Shown here: positions 20,306 through 30,279 of the stretch, in pieces
Position numbering within the stretch: position 1 is the stretch's first letter
Layout: every line of letters begins with the position of its first letter
IMG/VR virus record: IMGVR_UViG_3300018429_000060
Location: 1 to 64,000 of that record
DNA: 64,000 bases
Source: a virus
Strand: one strand, 5' to 3'
Made by a program: the position numbers and the translations under genes
Notes under the pieces: generated by a model
Seen by the model: the letters and a program-made list of their open reading frames with translations, nothing else
Database searches by the model: none
Told to the model about the DNA's origin: nothing

Positions 20306-22728
20306 CCAAACCGGTCAGCCGGCTGGAGTGGTTCCCGGATCCGGTCACCACGCTCGCGGTCCGCGCGGGCTGGTTCGGCGCGGGCTGGCACTACACGCTG
20401 TTCTGGGGTGACGGCAGCAGCCAGCGGGTGCTGCACACCCAGCCGCCGGTCCGCCACCGCTACCCGGCCGCCGACACCTACACCCTGACCGCGGTCAGCG
20501 AGATCACCCAGGTGCAGGTGTCCACCCGGATCACCGTGCGGCCGCAGCGGACACCGCAGGTGAGCGCCGACCACCTCGGCGGCGGCCGGGTGCGGCTGAC
20601 CATCGTGGGCGGCTGGCGCGGTGACGTGCTGCACCGCGTCGACTGGGGCGACGGCATCCCGGCGCAGGAGTACTCCGGCACCCAGCTCACCCCCGAACAC
20701 CAGTACCCGGCCGGGATCGAGAACCCCACGGTGCTGGTGCAGGACGTGCCGGCGCGGCGCGCGGTCACCCTGGTGGTGCCGATCGACCCGTCCGAGCCGC
20801 CGCCGACCGACGCCCGGTTCGGCTGGCACGTCACCCGCCTCTGGGACGACCGGCCGGGGTCGCCCGGCAACATCGAACGCGCCGACGGGGTCGTCCTCGG
20901 CGCCGGCGTGCCGGCCGGCGCCGTCGTCGGCCTGTCCTACATCGGCGGTAGTGACGTCTACGCCACCGCCGACCGGCACGGCCACGTCACCTTCCCCCAG
21001 ATCACCTGGATCGCCGGCTCCCGCCAGTTCATGCCGCCGTTTCGCAGCGCCCGGATCTGGTACCCCGACCGGCTGCACTGGCCCACGGTGCAGCTGCCCT
21101 GCCTGGTCCGCCGCGACGAGGTCCAGGACGTCGTCCCGGTCTACACCATCGACCCCGGCGGCGACCCCATGGTGCTCACGATCGGGGTGGCCAACCCCCA
21201 GGCCGGCACCTACCGGGTGCTGTGGGGCGACGGCACCGCGCAGCAGGACGTCGTCTGCGACGGCCGCGCGTTGCGGGCCAGCCACCGCTACCGCAGCGGC
21301 GCGCGGGTGATCATCACCGTCACCGACCCGGACGGCAACAGCGGCGAGCGGGTCGTCGCCGCCCCGGAGATCGGCGGCCCGTGGTGGGGGCCGGACGCGC
21401 TGGGCAAGCCCCGGCTCAAGGTCGGCGTCCGCGACCTCGCCGGCGGCGACTGGTTCACCCCGCTGTCGGTCGACTGGGGCTGGGACGGCCAGTCGGCCCG
21501 CTTCTGGGGCCACCCCACCGCCCCCGACGGCAAGCAGAACGCGCTCGAGGAGTGGTACCCGAACGACCTGCGCGGCCAGGACGTGACCGTGTGCGTGTCG
21601 GCGCCGCTGCGCCCGGCGCTGATCGTCACCCGCCGCATCCCGCCGGCCGGATCCCGAAACCACGTCCAGCCCGATCCGCCGGGCTCGACCGGAAAGTCGA
21701 TCAACAAAGGAGAATCCGTGTCACAGACCCATCCGCCCACCCTGGCCGCCGAGGGCTACGTCACCCCCGGCGGCAGCGCCGGCATCCAGCTGCAGCACCT
21801 GTGGACCTGGGTGCAGGACGTCCGGTTCAAGTCCGCGGCGTTCGTCGGCGGCCTCAGCTCGACCTACACCGCGACCCTCACCGACCACGACATCCTCGGC
21901 CGGGTCGCCCGCGCCGAGGTGCAGCTGGCCGAGGTCGACCCCGGCGAGTACGAGGTCGTCGCCGTGGCCAACGACGGCGCGTTCGAGATGAAGCACCGGC
22001 TGATCGTCGAGGCCGTCCACGCCGGCACGATCATCGCCACGCTCACCCCGCTCGACGACCAGGGCAAGGTCGACCTGCGCGTCGAGCCGATCAGCCGCAA
22101 CGCCGCGTGGGCCGACGCCAGCACCCCGGCCAACCAGGGCGACGGCGAGGACTGGTTCGGGCTGGTCTTCCAGCGGCCCTCCGACACCGCCCACGCCACC
22201 CTGATCATCGCGGGGGTGAAGCCCGGCACCTACCCGATCGCGGTGCGTCAGCGGTTCCACGGCGGCAAGACCATCGTCGTCAACGGCACGGTGACCGTGC
22301 CCGCGGACCCGACCAAGCCGGCCAAGGGCGAGCTGCCGCTGGTCTACACGCACCCCGTCGACACCAACAAGCTCGGCAACGGCTCCTCGGTCGAGCACGT
22401 CATCGACTTCGGCGACGAGCACGACCAGGCCAACGCCCGCTACGGCGTCGCCGTCGAGCTGGTCGTCACCGGCCCCAACGGGCAGAAGCCCGACCTGCCG
22501 GCGGATGTCCGGGCGGCGCTGCGCGACCTGCGGCCGCTGACCGTGGCCCGCGCCACCGACCACGTCACCCTCTACGGAGGGAACCCCGATGTGTTGCGGG
22601 GCAACAAGAACTTCAAGATCAAGTTGGTGGTGACCATCACCCCGGTGCCCACCCCGGCCGGCTACTCCGAGGACGACGACCCGACCGCCCCGGACCACGC
22701 CGCCGAGCTGGCCACGAGCACCGCATGA
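20302..22728 (+). CDS. PKD-repeat/Ig-like protein
   Basis: ATGA coupled; LFWGDG, VDWGDG, VLWGDG motifs; beta-rich C-terminal half. Confidence 0.7.
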   Translation: MTKPVSRLEWFPDPVTTLAVRAGWFGAGWHYTLFWGDGSSQRVLHTQPPVRHRYPAADTYTLTAVSEITQVQVSTRITVRPQRTPQVSADHLGGGRVRLTIVGGWRGDVLHRVDWGDGIPAQEYSGTQLTPEHQYPAGIENPTVLVQDVPARRAVTLVVPIDPSEPPPTDARFGWHVTRLWDDRPGSPGNIERADGVVLGAGVPAGAVVGLSYIGGSDVYATADRHGHVTFPQITWIAGSRQFMPPFRSARIWYPDRLHWPTVQLPCLVRRDEVQDVVPVYTIDPGGDPMVLTIGVANPQAGTYRVLWGDGTAQQDVVCDGRALRASHRYRSGARVIITVTDPDGNSGERVVAAPEIGGPWWGPDALGKPRLKVGVRDLAGGDWFTPLSVDWGWDGQSARFWGHPTAPDGKQNALEEWYPNDLRGQDVTVCVSAPLRPALIVTRRIPPAGSRNHVQPDPPGSTGKSINKGESVSQTHPPTLAAEGYVTPGGSAGIQLQHLWTWVQDVRFKSAAFVGGLSSTYTATLTDHDILGRVARAEVQLAEVDPGEYEVVAVANDGAFEMKHRLIVEAVHAGTIIATLTPLDDQGKVDLRVEPISRNAAWADASTPANQGDGEDWFGLVFQRPSDTAHATLIIAGVKPGTYPIAVRQRFHGGKTIVVNGTVTVPADPTKPAKGELPLVYTHPVDTNKLGNGSSVEHVIDFGDEHDQANARYGVAVELVVTGPNGQKPDLPADVRAALRDLRPLTVARATDHVTLYGGNPDVLRGNKNFKIKLVVTITPVPTPAGYSEDDDPTAPDHAAELATSTA

Positions 22729-23498
22729 GCACACCGTCCGCATCCGCGGCGCTGCGCCGCGCCACCGCCGGCCCCGGCCGCTACATCCTGGAGGTGGCGC
22801 TGGCCAACACCGGCCAGGTCGAGCTCACCACCTGGCAGGCCACCCTCACCCTCCCCGACGGCGCCGGCATGGTCGCCAAGGCCAACGCCGCCGTCGACAA
22901 CACCAGCGCACCGCACGCCTACACGGTCACCCCGACCGGCCTCGGCCCCCTCGCTCCGGGGCAGCGGCAGGTCGTCGCGGTCGAGGTGTACGGCACGGGC
23001 CGGGCGCCGGTGGCGGCCCAGTTCACTGCCCAGGCCGACAAGGTGAAGGTCAAGGCCGCGGTGGCGGTGATGGCGGTGCTCATCGACGGCCAGTCGTGCA
23101 AGGCCGACGAGTGCACCTGGCCCGGCTCCACCACCATCGACAAGGGTGTCTCCGGTATCGAGATCGAGATCGGCACCGGCAGCGGCGCCGGCGGCGGCCT
23201 CGGCCTCGGCGGCGGCGGCGGTGGCGGCGCCCAGACCAACTTCAAGGTCCTCATGGAGTGGACCAACGACGCCGGCGGCGGTGGTGGCGCCGGCGGCGGC
23301 GGCGGGGTGTCCATCGGCGGCGCGGAGGCCCCGGTGCAGCAGTGGGTCGACGCCGGCGAGCAGGCCCAGAAGCAGCACCAGGGCAACCAGGGCGGGCAGG
23401 ACGGGTCGCAGTACAACAAGGACCCGTTCGCCGAGCTCGGCGCGAAGATCGACCAGCTGGGCGACCGCGTGGTGGCGCTGGAATCGAAGGCCGCCTGA
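22725..23498 (+). CDS. CBM2-like domain protein with Gly-rich linker and coiled-coil tail
   Basis: 'EVALANTG...TTWQATLTLPDG...YTVTP...LAPGQ' resembles CBM2; poly-Gly tracts. Confidence 0.55.
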   Translation: MSTPSASAALRRATAGPGRYILEVALANTGQVELTTWQATLTLPDGAGMVAKANAAVDNTSAPHAYTVTPTGLGPLAPGQRQVVAVEVYGTGRAPVAAQFTAQADKVKVKAAVAVMAVLIDGQSCKADECTWPGSTTIDKGVSGIEIEIGTGSGAGGGLGLGGGGGGGAQTNFKVLMEWTNDAGGGGGAGGGGGVSIGGAEAPVQQWVDAGEQAQKQHQGNQGGQDGSQYNKDPFAELGAKIDQLGDRVVALESKAA

Positions 23499-24046
23499 TG
23501 GGGCCGCAGAGGACCACCGCGTTCGCCGACTGGGTCACCGACCCCACCGCCGCCCCGGCGGCCGCGGCCGCGCCGACCCCCGGCGGCGGGATGGGCGGCG
23601 GCCAGACCGGCAGCACGCCACCCTGGCAGGACTGGGCCGGCGGCGGCATCGGCGGCGACTCCGGGTCACCACTGCCGGTCGTGGTGCGCTGCCCGATCTC
23701 CTACGACGCCGCGGCCGCGCAGGTCACCCTCCCGTCGGCGCAGAAGCCCGGCTACAGCGTCACGGCGTTCGTGGGCATCGACGGTGGCTTCACCGGCGCC
23801 GACCTGCCCACCGCGGTCAACGCCCGACTGCTCGACGACACCACCGTGCTCGTCAAGCTCACCGGCGCCGGCGCCACCTCCCACGGGCCCGAATACACCC
23901 CGGCGCCCACACCGGGGCAGAAGCGCACGGCGGTGCCGGTGCCGCCCGGCAAGCCCTACGTCGCCGTGGTGGTGTTCCCGGCGGCCGGCGGCATGGGCGG
24001 CGGCCAGCCCATCACCAAGCCGGGCATGGAAGGCGGTCAGCCGTGA
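23498..24046 (+). CDS. hypothetical Gly/Pro-rich protein
   Basis: TGATG coupling; repeated GGMGGGQ. Confidence 0.55.
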   Translation: MGPQRTTAFADWVTDPTAAPAAAAAPTPGGGMGGGQTGSTPPWQDWAGGGIGGDSGSPLPVVVRCPISYDAAAAQVTLPSAQKPGYSVTAFVGIDGGFTGADLPTAVNARLLDDTTVLVKLTGAGATSHGPEYTPAPTPGQKRTAVPVPPGKPYVAVVVFPAAGGMGGGQPITKPGMEGGQP

Positions 24047-25356
24047 CCGACCCCGACACCGACCAGCACCGGGGCGGCTGTAGCCGCGGCTACACCGTGG
24101 TCACCGCCGCGGTGGACGACCTGCACGCCACGGTCCGGCGGATCGAGGACCTGCTGCGGCAGGGCCCGCCGACCCGGCGGACACTGCGGCCACCCGTGGA
24201 CGGCATCTACGCCCACAACAAGGGCGGCGGCTGGTGGTTCCTCACCTGGCACCAGGTGCCCGGCGCCACCGGCTACGAGCAGGACCATCCCGACACCGGC
24301 GTCGGCCCGACCCACGGCCCGTCGACCACCATCTTCGCCGTCGCCAGCGGCGACCAGCGGGTGATCCGCGTGCGGACGGTCAGCGACGGCCACAACTCCC
24401 CGTGGGTGAAGTACACCCTGTGGTGGGACGGCCGGCTGACCTACGAGATCGAGGGTGGAGATCCGCCGCCGCCGGCCGACCCGGCCGTGCCGGTGCTCGA
24501 CCGGGTGACCGCCGGGCACACCTCGATCGCCGCCTGGTGGACCTCGTTCGACGTCACGCAGTGGGAGACCAGGCTGGTCGACGCCGACGGCGAGCAGCTG
24601 CAGGGGCACAACGTCACCCAGACCAACGCGGTGTTCAACGAGCTGCGGCCGTCCACCACCTACGGCCTGGCGGTCCGCGCGGTCGACGTCGACACCGGCC
24701 GCCGATCCGACTGGACCGACACCAGGTGGAAGACCACCCTCGCGGAAGGGGAGGTGCCGCGCCCCGACCGGCCGACCGGGTTGTTCGCTCACTGCATCGC
24801 CGACACCACGGCGAAGGTCGAGTGGGACCAGCACACCCAGGTGGACGCGTGGGAGGTGTGGATCGGCGACGACCGCGACGCCGGCGCGATCGCGACGTCC
24901 ACCCCGCTGGTGAAGCTGCTCGGCCTGCAGCCCGACACCGAGTACACGGTCCACGTGGTCGCCGTCGTCGGCGGCGAACCCGGCGACGCCGACTACGCCG
25001 AGTCGGAACCGGCCAGTCACACGTTCCGCACGCGGGCGACGATGCTGCCGCCCGACGAGGACCCACCGGGTGACATCGGCGCCGATCTGCCGGCACCGCA
25101 GGAGCTGATGGTGCGGGCGTCGTCGTCGACGACGGTGGAGGCGGTATGGCGCGACGCCCGCCCCGACACCGGGCAGGGCAACTTCTACGTGGCCACCTGC
25201 AACGGGCGTGACCTGGTGCGGGTCGACGGCAGCGGCATCACCTTCACCGACCTGCCACCGGACGAGCCGGTGACGGTGTCGGTGTACGGGGTGATGGGGA
25301 AGAAGCTGACCGGCGTCGCCACCAAGGGCACGACCATGAAGGGAGCCGGCTGGTGA
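24043..25356 (+). CDS. fibronectin type III repeat protein
   Basis: 'LRPSTTYGLAVRAVD', 'GLQPDTEYTVHVVAV', 'FTDLPPDEPVTVSVYGV' FN3 signatures. Confidence 0.8.
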   Translation: MTDPDTDQHRGGCSRGYTVVTAAVDDLHATVRRIEDLLRQGPPTRRTLRPPVDGIYAHNKGGGWWFLTWHQVPGATGYEQDHPDTGVGPTHGPSTTIFAVASGDQRVIRVRTVSDGHNSPWVKYTLWWDGRLTYEIEGGDPPPPADPAVPVLDRVTAGHTSIAAWWTSFDVTQWETRLVDADGEQLQGHNVTQTNAVFNELRPSTTYGLAVRAVDVDTGRRSDWTDTRWKTTLAEGEVPRPDRPTGLFAHCIADTTAKVEWDQHTQVDAWEVWIGDDRDAGAIATSTPLVKLLGLQPDTEYTVHVVAVVGGEPGDADYAESEPASHTFRTRATMLPPDEDPPGDIGADLPAPQELMVRASSSTTVEAVWRDARPDTGQGNFYVATCNGRDLVRVDGSGITFTDLPPDEPVTVSVYGVMGKKLTGVATKGTTMKGAGW

Positions 25357-25973
25357 CCACGACCGAGAAGCCCCGCGTCGAGCGGATCATCATGCCGGGC
25401 TGGATCCGGCACGGCTACGGCACCAACCCGAACTCGCGGGCCTACTGGTGCGCGGAGAACCACGCCGGCTGCGGCCCCATCGAGTCCGAGCCGCAGAGCG
25501 TGGAAGCCCCCAAGGGGTTCCCCCGGTCGGGACCACCGGACGGGCAGCTCGCCTCCGGTGGCCACGTCCGGTTCGGCAGCCTGGACAAGGTCACCGCCCC
25601 GGACGGATCACCCTGGCCGGCGACCACCCTCACCGTCGGCGCACGAGTGCGGATGCGGTGGTGGCTCACCGCGGTGCACAAGACCGAGTCGTGGGAGTAC
25701 TGGATCACCCGCGACGGGTGGGACCGCACCCAACCGCTGACACGGGCCCAGCTGGAACCGGCGCCGTTCAGCCGCATCACCTGGCCGTGCCCCGACGGCG
25801 GCTGGACCTGCCGACTGCCGGCCGAGGACGTGCACCACTGGATCTGGCTGCCTCCGGGCAAGGAAGGCGAGCACGTCATCTACGGCATCTGGAACGTCGG
25901 CGACACCGGCAACGCCTTCTACACCACCATGGACGTCCGCATCGTCCACCCCGCGGCGGCTCCCGCCCGGTAA
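25353..25973 (+). CDS. AA10 (CBM33) lytic polysaccharide monooxygenase-like protein
   Basis: 'HGY...SRAYWC...EPQSVEAPKGFP..GPPDGQLASGG', 'WWLTAVHKT..WEYWIT', 'HVIYGIWNVGDTGNAFY..MDV' match CBP21/GbpA-type AA10. Confidence 0.9.
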   Translation: MTTTEKPRVERIIMPGWIRHGYGTNPNSRAYWCAENHAGCGPIESEPQSVEAPKGFPRSGPPDGQLASGGHVRFGSLDKVTAPDGSPWPATTLTVGARVRMRWWLTAVHKTESWEYWITRDGWDRTQPLTRAQLEPAPFSRITWPCPDGGWTCRLPAEDVHHWIWLPPGKEGEHVIYGIWNVGDTGNAFYTTMDVRIVHPAAAPAR

Positions 25974-26032
25974 ACCCGCGAACACCGGCCCGGTGACCAC
26001 TGCGTGGCACCGGGCCGGGTTGGGAGAGCGAC

Positions 26033-27376
26033 ATGCGTACCGTGGATCCGCAGTCGGTCGCGTTCCGCGAGGCCACCCCGGCCGACCTCGAACCCGGCAC
26101 CTGGGAAGACCTGGTCCACCGCGGCCTGGTCCTGCCAGCCCCCACCGGCGAGCCGCTACGCCTGCCCGACGACTGGGAACCCGATCGGTGGGACGCCGCA
26201 CGCACCGTCGCCAAGACCCGCGAGCAGGCCGCGGCGGCCGCCGCGGCGCGCGGCGACGACCCCACCGCCTACGGCGCACTCGCCCAGCAGCTGGATCAGC
26301 TGGCCGCGGCCGCCGCCGGCGGACTGTGGGTGCCGTGGCTTGTCGACGCCGCGCGCCTCACCGGCTACCCGGTGTTCGTCGAGCCAGGGTGGAACGGCCG
26401 CGGCAACGGCGGCCTGCGGCTGCTCGAGGTCGTGGTCGGCCACCACACCGCCACCCCGGACAGCGTCGCCGGCGACTACCCCTCGCTGCGAGTGGTGCGC
26501 GACGGCCGGGCGGGCCTGCGCGGGCTGCTGTCCCAGCTCGGCATCGGCCGCTCCGGCGCGATCTACGTCCTGGGCAACGGTCTCGCCTACCACGCCGGCG
26601 TGTCCGCCTACGCCGGCTACTACGACCTCAACGACGAGGCCCTGGGCATCGAGGCCGAGGACTCCGGCGACGGCACCTGGACGGCGGCGCAGCTGGACTG
26701 CTACCCGCGCCTGGTGGCGTCGCTGCTGTTCTACATGCGCCGCGGCGCCGAGCGGTACTGCTCGCACCGCACCTGCGCCCTGCCCGCCGGGCGCAAACCC
26801 GACCCCGCCGGCATCGCCGACGCGTGGATGCACACCCGTGTGCGGCACCTGCTCGGCGACCCCACCCACCGCATCCCGAGAGGCAACAGCATGACCAGTG
26901 CCGAGCAGATCGCCGACGCCGTCTTGAACCGTACGTTCGTCCGGCACGGTCCCAACATCCCGCACGCCGGGCAGCCCACCAACCTCGGGGCGATCGTCGC
27001 GTGGCTGGACGCCATGGTGGTCAATGGGCCGTGGGCTTACCCCGGCGCGCAGCAGCTGCTCGTCGACGTTGCCGCCACCCGTGTCCTGGTGACCACCCTG
27101 GCCGGTCGCGACCCGCAGCTGCCGCTGGACGCCGAGCAACTGGCGGCGCTGCTCAACACCAACATCGACCAGGAAGCGGCCGCCCTCGGTGACCGGCTGA
27201 CCGCCCAGATGGTCGCAGCCCAGGCCGCGCTGGCCGCTCAACTGACCCAATACCTGGACTCGATCCAGGATCGGTTCCTGCAGATCGTGCAGGCCGACAA
27301 CCAGGACCAGGCCCGCGCGTTCTTCGACCAGCTTCGGGCGATGATCCCGCCGCCCGCGCACCAGCTCACCGCGTAA
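26033..27376 (+). CDS. endolysin, N-acetylmuramoyl-L-alanine amidase (Amidase_2)
   Basis: 'GHHTA', 'AYHAG', 'LGIEAE', 'SHR...RKPDP' Zn-amidase motifs. Confidence 0.85.
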   Translation: MRTVDPQSVAFREATPADLEPGTWEDLVHRGLVLPAPTGEPLRLPDDWEPDRWDAARTVAKTREQAAAAAAARGDDPTAYGALAQQLDQLAAAAAGGLWVPWLVDAARLTGYPVFVEPGWNGRGNGGLRLLEVVVGHHTATPDSVAGDYPSLRVVRDGRAGLRGLLSQLGIGRSGAIYVLGNGLAYHAGVSAYAGYYDLNDEALGIEAEDSGDGTWTAAQLDCYPRLVASLLFYMRRGAERYCSHRTCALPAGRKPDPAGIADAWMHTRVRHLLGDPTHRIPRGNSMTSAEQIADAVLNRTFVRHGPNIPHAGQPTNLGAIVAWLDAMVVNGPWAYPGAQQLLVDVAATRVLVTTLAGRDPQLPLDAEQLAALLNTNIDQEAAALGDRLTAQMVAAQAALAAQLTQYLDSIQDRFLQIVQADNQDQARAFFDQLRAMIPPPAHQLTA

Positions 27377-27677
27377 CCCGGATGGCTGGTTGCTGTCATC
27401 GGGCCGGTGACAGCAACCAACCCGTCCTCCCGTGAACCTCCAGCAGCTGGCCCCCCTCTCGTCGTCGTGGCCCGGCGCCGCCGGGTACCGCTGGCGGCCC
27501 GACGCCTGAACGACGATGTCCGGCTGTGGCATACTGCTGATCGCCGAGGCGGTGGCCAAGGAAGTGAACCCGACTCTTCTCCGGACGGTGATGGGTCGGG
27601 TTTCGCGCCTTCAGTTGTGTTGCAGTGCAGTTTGTGCTTGGGCTCGGCGGTGCGGGGCCGGGCAGGGAGACCCCCTT

Positions 27678-27911
27678 CTAGCGGCCTCGCACCGCGTCCG
27701 CGCCGTCCGGCGCGAGAAGCACCTCCTGGGCCAGCAGCCGCGCCCCCAGCTCGCACAGCCGCCGATCCGGCTCCACCAGCACCGCCCGGCGACCCTGCAG
27801 CTTCGCCACCAGCCCGGTGGCGCACAGCCCGGCCAGCACCTCCCCCGGCTCCCCCAGATACAGCGTCACCAGGTCGTCGGCGTAGAACGGCCGCGGCCGC
27901 CGGCTGCTCAC
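27678..27911 (-). pseudogene. internally deleted N4/N6 DNA methyltransferase remnant (77 aa)
   Basis: N-terminal 'PFYADDLVTLYLG' joined directly to C-terminal 'TGLVAKLQGRRAVLVEPDRRLCELGARLLAQ'; no DPPY or FxGxG. Confidence 0.6.
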
Positions 27912-28414
27912 GTGGCCACGACGGCGGCGTCCGGTCGCACCGCGAGCGCGTGCCCGTCCGGCCACCAGCCGCACAGCCCGGTGCCGCAGAACACGCCGCC
28001 ATGCTCCGGGCACCCGGCCCGATACCGGTGCACCGCGGCCACCAGCGAGGGATGCGCCGGCCGGGCCAGGCTGAACGACGCGTGCACCGCGCCCTCGCCG
28101 CCGTTCCACAAGCGCCTCACCAGCACGCCCAGGCTCTCGATCGCGGCCGCGATCTCGGCCATCTCGTCCCGTCCTTCCAGCGGGTTCTCGCACCGGTAGG
28201 TCCGGCCCGTGCCGATCCAGCGCTGCCCCACGACCTCGACGGAGATGACCGGCAGGTCAGCCCACCCGGCCGGCGCCGCCCGGTAGCGCCGGGCCGCCAC
28301 CACCGGCTGCAACCCGGCGCCGTGGTGCTGCAGGATCGCTCCGACGGGCTGCTCCACCTCGTACAACCACCGCAGACCCGCCGCCAGCACCGCCAGTCGA
28401 CCCTGATCAGCCAT
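27908..28414 (-). CDS. hypothetical protein
   Basis: ATG at 28414; C-terminal CxxH...C..C; GTGA coupling to the MTase remnant. Confidence 0.6.
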   Translation of the reverse strand: MADQGRLAVLAAGLRWLYEVEQPVGAILQHHGAGLQPVVAARRYRAAPAGWADLPVISVEVVGQRWIGTGRTYRCENPLEGRDEMAEIAAAIESLGVLVRRLWNGGEGAVHASFSLARPAHPSLVAAVHRYRAGCPEHGGVFCGTGLCGWWPDGHALAVRPDAAVVAT

Positions 28415-28535
28415 GTCACGCATCGTCGTGCTCTGGTGGCTCCTCGTGCCGGATCAACATGCCACCCCGGAAGATCCACACCGCGAAGTGTGATAATCAC
28501 AAGTAGACAGGGTTCGTTGACGGGGAAGAGACGCC

Positions 28536-29078
28536 ATGCCCAGCAGCACGGGCGACAGCACAACCGACACCGATGACGAGAACGACGACCACGACGCGCG
28601 GCCGCCCAGCCCAGGGCGTCTCTACGTTCTCGCGCACCCCCACCATGTGCACGCCGTCCAGCTCACCGCCGACGCCGACTGGTCAGCGGCGGCCCAGTGG
28701 TGCAACGGGCACCTCATCGAACGCGGCGACGCGCGGATGGTGGTCTTCCGGGACCACCGCTGCCAGGAGGTGTCGGCCCTGCTGGGCGACTGGATCGTCG
28801 AGAGCGACACGGGGTACTTCGTCCTGCCCGATCAGACCTTCACCATCCACTACGGCACCGGCGGTCTCGAGCTGGACGCCCGGCGCCTGACCGAACTGGG
28901 GCAGGTGGTGCACAAGCTGATGGACGCCCACAGTCGCGCCGAGGAGCCGCTGCGGCCGGTGCGGACCTGGGTTCAGCTCACCGACAGCGAGCGAGCCCTG
29001 GCCATCGTCGTCGCCGAGACGCTGTACCGGCTCGGCGCGGTCACCACCCGCATCCAGAACGCCGGCGGCGCCGCATGA
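28536..29078 (+). CDS. hypothetical phage protein
   Basis: 'HAVQLT...AAQWC...LGDWIV...YFV...F...Y' pattern common in phage hypotheticals; RBS present. Confidence 0.6.
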   Translation: MPSSTGDSTTDTDDENDDHDARPPSPGRLYVLAHPHHVHAVQLTADADWSAAAQWCNGHLIERGDARMVVFRDHRCQEVSALLGDWIVESDTGYFVLPDQTFTIHYGTGGLELDARRLTELGQVVHKLMDAHSRAEEPLRPVRTWVQLTDSERALAIVVAETLYRLGAVTTRIQNAGGAA

Positions 29079-29524
29079 CCGCGTCCCCGCGCCGACTCAC
29101 CTGGTCGGTCATCGCCGTGTTCGTCATGGCCACCCTCGGCGTCGGCCTCGGTGCCCTGCTCCCCGCCGAGCCACCACCGCCACGCGGACCGTCGGCGTTC
29201 GACCCCGGCGCCGTGCGACCCTCGCCGTCGACGCTGTTCGTCGTCGACCCCGAGCTCGTCGACCCCCAGGCCGACACGTGGGTCGTGGTGATCCGCGACC
29301 ACCGCGGCGTCGAGGTGTTCCGCGACGGCACCCACTACCCCGCGGCGGACGGCCTCATCGTCACCTGGCTGTCCAACGCCGACCAGCTGTGGGTGCTGTC
29401 CGGGCGCAGCACGGTGGAACGCATCACCCGCGGGCCCACCGGCTGGGCCAAGGTGCTCGTCCCCCCGGTCGAGCGGCACACCGTGCCACGCGAGATAGCC
29501 CGGCACCTGCCCGTGTTCGGCTAA
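29075..29524 (+). CDS. membrane-anchored hypothetical protein
   Basis: ATGA coupled; N-terminal hydrophobic helix. Confidence 0.55.
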   Translation: MTASPRRLTWSVIAVFVMATLGVGLGALLPAEPPPPRGPSAFDPGAVRPSPSTLFVVDPELVDPQADTWVVVIRDHRGVEVFRDGTHYPAADGLIVTWLSNADQLWVLSGRSTVERITRGPTGWAKVLVPPVERHTVPREIARHLPVFG

Positions 29525-30132
29525 CCGTCGACGGGAGCGACGTCGGGCACGGCCCCCGGCGGCCGCGGCGGCCGACACTCCCCCAGCATGGCCACCAAGG
29601 TCAGCGCCGCCGACGTGTCCATCCCGACCACCGTCACCAGGTGCCGCCGGTAGCCCTCGTCCAGGGCGACGGTCGTCGCCGAGTGCAGCACGTCCATCGC
29701 GTGCTTCTCGGCCTCGGCCGGCGTCCAGCGCCACCACTCGGCCTGGCCCCGCACCTGGCAGTGCAGGTACGGGGCGCCGGTGAACTCGCAGATCCCCGGC
29801 CGCAGCTGCAGCAGGCCCAGCGCGTCGACGTCCAGCGGCGCCCGGTCCGATCGCAGCGACCGCACCTGCTCCCCCACCTGCGGCACCGTCGAGCCGCCGG
29901 CGTCGACCAGCTGCAGCGCCACCGCAACGTCGAACTCGGCACGAGCCACGGCGTCGACCACCGCCACGGCGTACGCGATCGCTTGCGCGCGAGTGAACGC
30001 GGCCAGCAGGTCGTCGGTGTAGGCGATCGACACGTGGAACACCCCGTCGATCGACCGGTCGGAGCGCACCACGATGGCCGCCAGCTCGCCGTCCGCGCTG
30101 CCGGAGCTGGTGCGGTCAGCAGTTAACGCCAT
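29521..30132 (-). CDS. hypothetical protein
   Basis: ATG at 30132; GC3-rich codons. Confidence 0.55.
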   Translation of the reverse strand: MALTADRTSSGSADGELAAIVVRSDRSIDGVFHVSIAYTDDLLAAFTRAQAIAYAVAVVDAVARAEFDVAVALQLVDAGGSTVPQVGEQVRSLRSDRAPLDVDALGLLQLRPGICEFTGAPYLHCQVRGQAEWWRWTPAEAEKHAMDVLHSATTVALDEGYRRHLVTVVGMDTSAALTLVAMLGECRPPRPPGAVPDVAPVDG

Positions 30133-30279
30133 GTCGGGCAGTGTCGCAGCCGTCGATGGTTGCACGGTCGGGTGACCGGCCGTGCTGTCCGTACCGCGCG
30201 GCCGTCGTCCGGCGATAGAGATCATCACCTACCGTGTCACACCGGTCAGGGGGCTGACCCGTGAAAGGACAATCCCAGC

